Below are positions 39,673 through 47,483 of a stretch of DNA of 64,000 bases, piece by piece. The stretch covers positions 62,001 to 126,000 of the IMG/VR virus record IMGVR_UViG_3300005056_000001; one strand, given 5' to 3'. The notes under the pieces are model-generated. The model was given only the letters and a program-made list of their open reading frames with translations, made no database searches and had not been told where the DNA came from. Within the stretch, counting starts at the first letter, position 1. Every line of letters starts with the position of its first letter. The position numbers were made by a program, and so were the translations under genes.

Positions 39673-40320
39673 ATGGTTACAAAAAAAAGCATACTAGAAA
39701 CATACGATTTTCTTCTTAAACACGACAAGGTCAAAGCAACAGTCGATGTGTCTGCCAAGATTAAGGAAGTCAAAAAAATCGTTGTGTTAGAGTTGGGTTC
39801 TGAAGAGTTGACCAACATACCGAGCCTTGCAGGCTTGGTTAATTTGTTGATTTTAGATTTGGGCTGTAACGAACTCACCACACTTCCGAGTCTAGAAGGA
39901 TTGGTAAAATTGGAGATTTTAGATTTAGCCAACAACAAAATAACTACACCGCCAATACTAGAAGGATTGGTAAGATTAAGCACCTTATTCTTGGACAACA
40001 ACGATCTAAACACACCGCCAAATCTTGAAGGCTTAATTAGATTGGAGACCTTGCACCTGAGCTCTAATAAACTAAAAACACCACCAAATCTTGAAGGCTT
40101 AATTAGATTGGAGACCTTGCACCTGAGCTCTAATAAACTAAAAACACCACCCAATCTTAAGGGTGTGCCGATTCTAGTAATGTTGGTATTAAACGACAAC
40201 AAATTAACAACTCCGCCAAACCTTGAAGGATTGTCCAATTTGAGAGATGTATACTTATACAACAACCCACTAACAAGCATACCAACCCACCCAACCGCAT
40301 CAATTAATATTGAAGATTAA
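39673..40320 (+). CDS. LRR protein, family A, short-cap type (8 modules)
   Basis: Contains a perfect 66-bp duplication; ends THPTASINIED. Confidence 0.95.
   Translation: MVTKKSILETYDFLLKHDKVKATVDVSAKIKEVKKIVVLELGSEELTNIPSLAGLVNLLILDLGCNELTTLPSLEGLVKLEILDLANNKITTPPILEGLVRLSTLFLDNNDLNTPPNLEGLIRLETLHLSSNKLKTPPNLEGLIRLETLHLSSNKLKTPPNLKGVPILVMLVLNDNKLTTPPNLEGLSNLRDVYLYNNPLTSIPTHPTASINIED
40018..40149 (+). repeat. perfect 2 x 66-bp tandem duplication of one LRR module
   Basis: 40018-40083 is identical to 40084-40149. Confidence 0.97.
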
Positions 40321-40401
40321 GTGTTAATATTTTGTTAAAATTGTCATTATTCTTTGATGGTGTCTAAATAAACACGTACTTGGTGTTATTAAATAATCAA
40401 A
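40319..40401 (+). repeat. 83-bp direct repeat, copy 2 (promoter module)
   Basis: Near-identical to 38202-38284. Confidence 0.95.
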
Positions 40402-40412
40402 CGGTAATTATC

Positions 40413-40850
40413 ATGAAATCGCAAAAAATAAAAGTCAACGGTATTGTTGTCCTAGAATTAGAATCGCCTCCGAAAATAGGTACCTATTACCTAAATTTCA
40501 GAGAAAGTGGAGACTTTAATTATACCATAAAGGTTGTGTCAAGCCAAACACAGATTAGTATTGTTTGTGCGTCTCGTCATGACATAACCAAGAAAATCTT
40601 CAGTGTGGAAGACATTATCCGAAAATGTTGTAGAGCAGACCTAGCCAACAACGAATTGGACTATGCAAAAATAACACAAAGCTTTTGGTTTTGGGATGTT
40701 TTTGATTATTGGCTTTTGGGCATAAAGACGTCTAGAATCTTCACGGTCACAAAGGAGAACTTTGATGATGAGGTAAATTTCTTCGTCTCCGACACGACTA
40801 GTTCCATGATCTTGTCATGTACAGACACCATTAAACGTAGCTACAAGTAA
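40413..40850 (+). CDS. hypothetical protein
   Basis: Start reset to ATG 40413 after the repeat. Confidence 0.7.
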   Translation: MKSQKIKVNGIVVLELESPPKIGTYYLNFRESGDFNYTIKVVSSQTQISIVCASRHDITKKIFSVEDIIRKCCRADLANNELDYAKITQSFWFWDVFDYWLLGIKTSRIFTVTKENFDDEVNFFVSDTTSSMILSCTDTIKRSYK

Positions 40851-41224
40851 TGGAAATATCAAAAAAAGTTAGAGACTTGTATAAGGAATTATTACACCAC
40901 AAGCGTCACACGTCTGAATACAACACGGCATTCAAGGAATTGCTACACCTAAGCAAAACAGACAGTGTGGCATTGTCTTACCTAGAACACGGAACCCCCG
41001 ACAATATCCTGAAGCTATTTAAAACTACTTATATCACGAAAGGTGAGGGTGTGACAAAAACGTTTCAAAATGTTCAATACTCACATTTTTATATGTGCGA
41101 AAATATTTTGTTCAAAATGGGCAAAGAATTAAAAAACGTCACACAGGTCAAGAAATATTTGGAGAAAAAGTACAATATCAATGGTATTATAATAAGCGAC
41201 ATGGGTGTGCACGGGAACCGATAA
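40850..41224 (+). CDS. hypothetical protein (124 aa)
   Basis: TAATG stop/start overlap. Confidence 0.7.
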   Translation: MEISKKVRDLYKELLHHKRHTSEYNTAFKELLHLSKTDSVALSYLEHGTPDNILKLFKTTYITKGEGVTKTFQNVQYSHFYMCENILFKMGKELKNVTQVKKYLEKKYNINGIIISDMGVHGNR

Positions 41225-41290
41225 TAGATTCCAAAGACAATCAAAAAAAATAACAAAGTCTTCCAATAAAAACGAGAGGGCTGCAATATA

Positions 41291-41590
41291 TTGAACATGA
41301 ACAAATGTAACGGATGCAATCGTTGTGTCAATTATAAAAGTGAGGCGACTATAAATAAAAACGTTGAGCCATGGGGTACAGACACCACCACCACCTGTAA
41401 GATTGGCAACACGACACAGATGTTGGAATGGTGGGAGAATAATGGAACGAAGATGGTTGGGGACAAATTGGACGACATGCCATGCTTTCAACAAACAGAA
41501 TTTGCAAAGAGACTTGAAAATATGTCGTCTATATTAGATGAAATCAAAGTCTCTATAATAAATGAAGGTGGTAAAAGTGCCAAAATCTAG
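41291..41590 (+). CDS. hypothetical protein (99 aa), Cys-rich N-terminus
   Basis: CNGCNRC..C..C motifs. Confidence 0.7.
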   Translation: MNMNKCNGCNRCVNYKSEATINKNVEPWGTDTTTTCKIGNTTQMLEWWENNGTKMVGDKLDDMPCFQQTEFAKRLENMSSILDEIKVSIINEGGKSAKI

Positions 41591-41660
41591 ATTGGTGGTG
41601 TCGCTGTGTTTTAATACTGTGACACATCATGGGAATGCATAGGAACCGATAATATCTTTA

Positions 41661-41737
41661 ATGGATATTTTTAATATATTGCGCTTTCATGGATATTTTT
41701 AGTATCTTGTGGTTTAGGAATATTTTTCATATCTTAC
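41661..41737 (+). promoter_or_regulatory. three tandem promoter-like units (~27-28-bp period)
   Basis: GGATATTTTTAATATATTGC / GGATATTTTTAGTATCTTGT / GGAATATTTTTCATATCTTAC upstream of the ATG at 41748. Confidence 0.55.
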
Positions 41738-41747
41738 AACATAAAAA

Positions 41748-42194
41748 ATGGACACAACAAGAATAGGTATGGGGTTCCCGTATCAAGAAATCAAAAAGGA
41801 CTTGGACGAATTATGCTCTATCAGCAACACAACCAAAGACACCAAAGACTTTTACGTGCCTAGCATAACCAAAAACCTTGTACTTATTTTTGATCACAAC
41901 AAAGACAAGGATTTGGCATGGGTCAAGGAACATTTTCCAAAGAATCAAGGGAGTGGCGACCTGTCTTTTATAGAGAATCTATTACCTCCCGACATGAAGG
42001 CGTACCACATTCATAGCTATAATTTTGTTGACCCACAAGGAGGAGAGAACAACAGAAGATTTCAGGGTGTGTTTTATTGGCCCGAATATGATGCAATAGT
42101 AAACACGCCTCCGATAGAGGTGCTAAAGAATGCCAAGAGTTTCAAGATAGACCCCTATAGCAAGGATGCTGTATTGTGGACTATTTGGTTTTAG
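41748..42194 (+). CDS. hypothetical protein (148 aa)
   Basis: ORF in run. Confidence 0.7.
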   Translation: MDTTRIGMGFPYQEIKKDLDELCSISNTTKDTKDFYVPSITKNLVLIFDHNKDKDLAWVKEHFPKNQGSGDLSFIENLLPPDMKAYHIHSYNFVDPQGGENNRRFQGVFYWPEYDAIVNTPPIEVLKNAKSFKIDPYSKDAVLWTIWF

Positions 42195-42247
42195 GTTCTT
42201 GTGTCGATATTAAACCATATTATAATTTAATTACTAAAAAAGAACCT

Positions 42248-42667
42248 ATGTACTTTGGAGAATATACAATAAATAGCAATGGTCGTTTAGAAAGTAAGTG
42301 TACCTCTATACATTTCGACATCGAAGAACTTAATGGTCGTTGGGTATCCAATCGAGACGATACTGACTCCTACATTCCTCATCAATATTCCAATGGAGAA
42401 TGCGGGGATTGGACGGCAAATTCCGACAGACTCAGCCAAGAGAATTATAAATTGTCTGACGAATTGAAACAAAAGCACTTTGGCAACAAGGGCGACTATT
42501 GGAATGGTCGTAGCAAGAAAGACATAGAGGCTTTTTTGCAAGATTTTATCGGAAACGAGACCCTTGTTTTATGCAGGGTTATTGAGTACGAAAATGCCTC
42601 TAACGGATATCCGTATTGGAGATTTGATTACTACCTTAACAACAATAGAAGAAATGAAAATAAGTAA
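42248..42667 (+). CDS. hypothetical protein
   Basis: Start reset to ATG 42248. Confidence 0.65.
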   Translation: MYFGEYTINSNGRLESKCTSIHFDIEELNGRWVSNRDDTDSYIPHQYSNGECGDWTANSDRLSQENYKLSDELKQKHFGNKGDYWNGRSKKDIEAFLQDFIGNETLVLCRVIEYENASNGYPYWRFDYYLNNNRRNENK

Positions 42668-42848
42668 CTTTTTGGAATATTTAGTGAGCGGCAAGGACAC
42701 CATGCCTACAGACAGGTCTAGGTACACATCAAAAATGTCGCAGATAAACAACAAAGAAACAAACAACGAAGATGTACTAGACAGGTCTATGTATACCTCT
42801 TTGATGTCAAAGATAAACAATGAAAAATCGAAACCGAAAGAAGCTTAG
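42654..42848 (+). CDS. small protein with a 23-aa internal repeat
   Basis: DRSRYTSKMSQINN / DRSMYTSLMSKINN; start reset to 42654. Confidence 0.6.
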   Translation: MKISNFLEYLVSGKDTMPTDRSRYTSKMSQINNKETNNEDVLDRSMYTSLMSKINNEKSKPKEA

Positions 42849-43524
42849 AAATTTAGTGTATAAAATCACACCCAATGAACTCTGTCCAATTTCAATCAAA
42901 AAAATTAGTCTATTAGAAAAGGCTAAAGCGACCGTTGTTAAATATCTCGACAGAAAACAGCCACCATACGGAATAGTACACAATGACCTTGTTGCAATTA
43001 ATCCTCTCCTAAAGGAGGTTGGAGAATCGGATTTCAATACTATAATTGGCGAAGTAAGGCTCATGATCCAAAATTCTATGGTTTACAGACCAAAGACACA
43101 GAGTTGTAACAACAATAAGTGTGGCAATCAATATAGTCATAAATATGCCAATTCCAATTATCCAAAAAAGGCACCCAAAAACCTGACACAAATTGTTTAT
43201 GATTATCTGAGCACAAAAGAAATTTCAGATTTAGGTGTCACAATAGAGAATATTTGTTATGATTTGACTATATTGCACAAACACATATTCGGACTCTTCC
43301 AAAACTTGGACAAAAAGAATATTGTATGGATGAGCAAGCGTGATTTTTCGGCATCTTATGGGGATTTTGAGGGCGGTCTTGTATTGGATAGACCCGTAAT
43401 GAAATACAGTCGTCCTGTGTGGCGTTCGATGGACTCCTATCAAGACGGTAGTCGAACATCAAGACGTTGGAATGTTAGCATGAACAAATTCAAAGAATAT
43501 ATTGACTCAAAAAATAAATCGTGA
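42820..43524 (+). CDS. hypothetical protein (234 aa)
   Basis: ORF in run. Confidence 0.7.
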   Translation: MKNRNRKKLRNLVYKITPNELCPISIKKISLLEKAKATVVKYLDRKQPPYGIVHNDLVAINPLLKEVGESDFNTIIGEVRLMIQNSMVYRPKTQSCNNNKCGNQYSHKYANSNYPKKAPKNLTQIVYDYLSTKEISDLGVTIENICYDLTILHKHIFGLFQNLDKKNIVWMSKRDFSASYGDFEGGLVLDRPVMKYSRPVWRSMDSYQDGSRTSRRWNVSMNKFKEYIDSKNKS

Positions 43525-43940
43525 AAAAGACAGACTTTATTAAAAATTTGTGTAAACTGACCCCACAAGAAGATGACGGAGGGGCATTAGGCTATTACCC
43601 GTTTAATGTATATTTTAAATCGGGCTTGGATGGGAAAGACATTCTAATGTCTATTGCATCCGTAGAGAATTCGCAGGCTGTATATTTGGGCACATCAAAA
43701 ACATACAGAGCAAATGAGTGTACAGAGGGATTTATAGCCTTGGACTTTCCGTGTCTTCTTGAGGATTGTCCTTATGACTTTATTGCGATTTTTTCAATAG
43801 CAGGCGGTAAGATCTCTATTGAGGCAATGCCATATAATACAGGAGGCGAATTTCAGCCCACGATTTACTCGGACAGCAGCAATGTACTCACACAAATTTT
43901 GACCGATATTAATAGATGTTTTAATCTCACTGTTGCCTAG
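43521..43940 (+). CDS. hypothetical protein (139 aa)
   Basis: GTGA overlap with the upstream stop. Confidence 0.7.
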   Translation: MKKTDFIKNLCKLTPQEDDGGALGYYPFNVYFKSGLDGKDILMSIASVENSQAVYLGTSKTYRANECTEGFIALDFPCLLEDCPYDFIAIFSIAGGKISIEAMPYNTGGEFQPTIYSDSSNVLTQILTDINRCFNLTVA

Positions 43941-43942
43941 TA

Positions 43943-44269
43943 TTGTGGCAGGTAAACCAAGACGTTATGACAAAGGTAATTACAATACTAACCGAACAAT
44001 ATCTCATAGACCATCCTTTATTTGAAAAGGTATTCAGGAATGATTATGAATCCGACAAACTTTTTAGTTATTTGATAAAACTATCCGAAAACACAAAAAT
44101 GCGGGTTCACTATGCAAGAACATGTGAATTTTTACCCTGCTATGTTGGTATTGACATACTCAGGAATGGTGGGTATTACCACCGATACCACTTTGGATCT
44201 TTATTCCTAGAGGATGCCTATGACACCATACAGACTTATCTTAGTGAGTATAATATTGATCAGGTATAG
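43943..44269 (+). CDS. hypothetical protein (108 aa)
   Basis: ORF in run. Confidence 0.65.
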   Translation: MWQVNQDVMTKVITILTEQYLIDHPLFEKVFRNDYESDKLFSYLIKLSENTKMRVHYARTCEFLPCYVGIDILRNGGYYHRYHFGSLFLEDAYDTIQTYLSEYNIDQV

Positions 44270-44330
44270 ACTTTTCTGAAACCCATAAAACAATCGAATA
44301 ATAACTAATTTTTAAAATATAACAAAAGTA

Positions 44331-45422
44331 ATGGAAACCAACACAAAAACACCGACAGTAACAGTAAACCTAGACAGCAGCGAAATGTCAAATGTTATCC
44401 TGCACAAGGTAGGAAACAAGTCAATGGACGAGGGAATGCGTATTGCAACAAACGAGCTAAAAATGACCGATGGTCTGAATGAGTCGTTGTTTAGCTATTT
44501 TGTAGGAGGATTTAAATTCGACACATTGTATGAGTTTACGGATGAGCACGACCTTTCTATGAATTCGGTATTCAAGATTTGCAAGAGAATCTTTGAAGAA
44601 ACAGACAAGGAACAAAATTTTTACAAAGGCTCTATTGATATCCTTAGACACCTCTATGATATGTCAAACAATCCCACCATTAAAGGAGGCGATCTGTATG
44701 TTGCATATTTCAATAATTGCGACTGTGACGGTGAATCGACTGATGCTATCGGAATTTTCAAGGCCGACAAGCGTGTCAATTTTGTTAATCCGAAATTTGA
44801 CGAGGACGAGAATGAATGGGCCGTGGATATTCGTGAGGGATTCGACATGACAAAAATCGACAAGGGTTGTATTATCTTCAACACCCAAGCCGAAACAGGA
44901 TATCGTATTGCCAACATCAAACTAAAAGGATTAATGGCAAGTGCATGGAATTTGGATTTCATGAACATTTCCCGTGTACAGGACGATTCTTACCAAACAC
45001 AGGTCTACATGGATATGTGCAAAGATTTTGCCAACAAGGCCTACAAAGAAGACAACAAAGACGTAAAGGTTGACTTCCTGAATCGTACCAAGGATTATTT
45101 CGAAAACTACAAAGAACATACCGACGAGGATTTCAAGGAAGTGGTGTTCGAGGACTCTGAAAAGAAAGAAGCCTTTGCGGAGCATGTCACCGAGACACGT
45201 GACAGCCTAGAACTTGAGGACGAAGACAACGGCGAATTCTTGATCTGTGCCAACACGGTAAAGAAGGCCAAAAAAGGATTCAAAAACAATATTCTGCTAG
45301 ACACCGAGGTGGAGATTAAAATCTTGTCTTCACAGGCGGTTTCTGATGGGTATGTTGAGCGTGGACACGACGACGAAAAGGACATGGACTTCTACAAGGT
45401 TTATTTTAACAGCGAGAAATAG
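44331..45422 (+). CDS. nucleoid-associated protein (37-kDa NdpA/YejK-like, Bacteroidota type)
   Basis: ILHKVGNK, LYDMSNNPTIKGGDLYVAYF, AIGIFK.D, IDKGCIIFN, W..DF, I.LD..IEIKI..ERGHDDEK..FYKVYF. Confidence 0.85.
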   Translation: METNTKTPTVTVNLDSSEMSNVILHKVGNKSMDEGMRIATNELKMTDGLNESLFSYFVGGFKFDTLYEFTDEHDLSMNSVFKICKRIFEETDKEQNFYKGSIDILRHLYDMSNNPTIKGGDLYVAYFNNCDCDGESTDAIGIFKADKRVNFVNPKFDEDENEWAVDIREGFDMTKIDKGCIIFNTQAETGYRIANIKLKGLMASAWNLDFMNISRVQDDSYQTQVYMDMCKDFANKAYKEDNKDVKVDFLNRTKDYFENYKEHTDEDFKEVVFEDSEKKEAFAEHVTETRDSLELEDEDNGEFLICANTVKKAKKGFKNNILLDTEVEIKILSSQAVSDGYVERGHDDEKDMDFYKVYFNSEK

Positions 45423-45522
45423 TTCTCGGTGTGTGCTTAAATTTTATAAAATCCTGTGTCAATATTTGTTGGTGTAGGATTTTATTTTTATATTGTGGAA
45501 ATTGATAACAAAAAAATATATT

Positions 45523-45795
45523 ATGAAAAATTTGGATTATAATGGGGCACTTAAGTTGATGACTAAATTGTCTAAGAAGAAAAACAGTGACATTGCCGTA
45601 TTTACAGACCGAGGTTGGGGAGACGACCATTCGGTAGAGAGAACATATGAAATTATCGAAGGCGGGGATGGTCAAAAGCCTTTGGGAAGTATTTCGAAAG
45701 GGACATTCGACAAACTTAGAGAAGTAGGGGTGTTGGGCGAGAATACGCTTATGTCATTTAAGGCCCGAACACTACACGACTTTAAAGGCAAGTAA
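45523..45795 (+). CDS. hypothetical protein
   Basis: Start reset to ATG 45523. Confidence 0.7.
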   Translation: MKNLDYNGALKLMTKLSKKKNSDIAVFTDRGWGDDHSVERTYEIIEGGDGQKPLGSISKGTFDKLREVGVLGENTLMSFKARTLHDFKGK

Positions 45796-45821
45796 TAAAC
45801 CGAATTATTAAAAATAAAATA

Positions 45822-46367
45822 ATGGAAAAACTAAAAATGTCCGACATATCAAAACCGCTAGATTTTAATGTCGGCTCTGTCCAATGTTTGGCACACCATG
45901 GCTCAAAACTCCTCTCGGGTCGTTACGATTTCGATTTTAATGTTTATTTACCCACAAGGGAAATGAATCTACAGCGTGAATTGGTTTGGACAGATCACCA
46001 AAAAAGTGAATTTATTAAGTCTATAATAAAAGGCATAAAGATACCACCGTTTTGTCTGATAGAAAATACCCACGAGGATGGGACTTCGTACTATGAGGTA
46101 ATCGACGGCAAACAACGCCTGAGTACCTACATTTCATTCATTAAAGGAGAATTTAATATAATGAACAATGGTATTGAATACTCAATAGATGGCTTGGACA
46201 GTAAAACATGCAATCGTGTGGAACAATGGGGAATACATGCACACATCGCATTTAGCGACCCCGAAAACAGAATCACAGACGATCAAAAAATCGCATGGTT
46301 TAGGCTAATTAATTACACCTCGACTCCACAGGAGGACATTCATCTACAGAACCTCGAAAAACAGTAG
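45822..46367 (+). CDS. stand-alone DUF262 domain protein
   Basis: LQRELVWTDHQKSEFIKSIIKG..IPPF..VIDGKQRLST. Confidence 0.88.
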   Translation: MEKLKMSDISKPLDFNVGSVQCLAHHGSKLLSGRYDFDFNVYLPTREMNLQRELVWTDHQKSEFIKSIIKGIKIPPFCLIENTHEDGTSYYEVIDGKQRLSTYISFIKGEFNIMNNGIEYSIDGLDSKTCNRVEQWGIHAHIAFSDPENRITDDQKIAWFRLINYTSTPQEDIHLQNLEKQ

Positions 46368-46399
46368 TGGTTTATAACCAAAAATATAATAAAAAGCAC

Positions 46400-46624
46400 A
46401 TGAAAAAGCTAAAAAAGGAGTTTATTGCAAAGTTAAAAAGTATTTCTATACCCGACGATGAACCCGACACATATGATTTGTTGTGGGGTGTTATTGACGA
46501 GCTCCCAAATTGTTTTGCCAAGGGTTATTTGGAGGCCCTGTTTCAGGCAGACAGTGACGAGAACGGATTGAAAGGATTAAAAAGTCGCATGTTGGACTGT
46601 GCCAAGACAAAGATATGGAAGTAA
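46400..46624 (+). CDS. hypothetical protein
   Basis: ATG 46400 (or GTG 46367). Confidence 0.65.
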   Translation: MKKLKKEFIAKLKSISIPDDEPDTYDLLWGVIDELPNCFAKGYLEALFQADSDENGLKGLKSRMLDCAKTKIWK

Positions 46625-46727
46625 TTGTTGGAACAATTGAGAATATATGCATATTGTTTTGTTGATGTGAGATTTTATGATTACATTGTGTGACTGTTAA
46701 TAACGAAATCAAGAAGTATTGAATAAT

Positions 46728-47462
46728 ATGAACGATAAAATTAAGCAATTGCTTGCATCAGGCGACGATGCAAATATAGAACTTGCAATGGCTAATTTTC
46801 GTAACGGGAATGTGGATGTACTGAGTGTTTTCCCGAATATACTGAAGACGTTCGAACTTTTGCTTTTTCACTGTATGGTTGACCATACAGATGACTTGCT
46901 TTTTAAGGTTGAGCAGGTGTTTAACATTAAGCAGTTATACTTGGATAACTTCCAACTAATTAGTCCGCCAATACTAGAAGGTTTGGTTAGGTTGGAGCGT
47001 TTGGATTTACGAAACAACCAACTGACCCAAACACCAAATCTTGAAGGATTGTTTAGGTTGGAGTGTTTGGATTTACAAAATAACCAACTGACAACCCCAC
47101 CAAATATAAAAGGATTGGTAAATTTAGAGTATTTATACCTGTGTGACAACCGACTGAAAAAGCCGCAAAACATTAAAGGATTGGTAAATTTGGAGTGGTT
47201 GTATTTGGGTAATAACCAATTGACTACTCCACCAATACTTGATGGTTTAGTAAAGCTGAAGGTATTAGATTTGAATCATAACAATTTAATCACTCCACCA
47301 ATGCTAGATGGTTTAGTAAAGCTGAAGGCATTATTTTTGGAGAATAACCAACTAACAAAACCGCTAAGTATAAAGGGATTGGTAGAACTGAAATTTTTAC
47401 ATTTACAGAACAACCCACTCAAAACAAAACCATCCCACCCAACAGCCGAAATATACATTTAA
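46728..47462 (+). CDS. LRR protein, family A (8 modules)
   Basis: MNDKIKQLLASGDDANIELAMANFRNGNVDVLSVFP; ends SHPTAEIYI. Confidence 0.95.
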   Translation: MNDKIKQLLASGDDANIELAMANFRNGNVDVLSVFPNILKTFELLLFHCMVDHTDDLLFKVEQVFNIKQLYLDNFQLISPPILEGLVRLERLDLRNNQLTQTPNLEGLFRLECLDLQNNQLTTPPNIKGLVNLEYLYLCDNRLKKPQNIKGLVNLEWLYLGNNQLTTPPILDGLVKLKVLDLNHNNLITPPMLDGLVKLKALFLENNQLTKPLSIKGLVELKFLHLQNNPLKTKPSHPTAEIYI

Positions 47463-47483
47463 AATACCAAAAAATACAATAAC

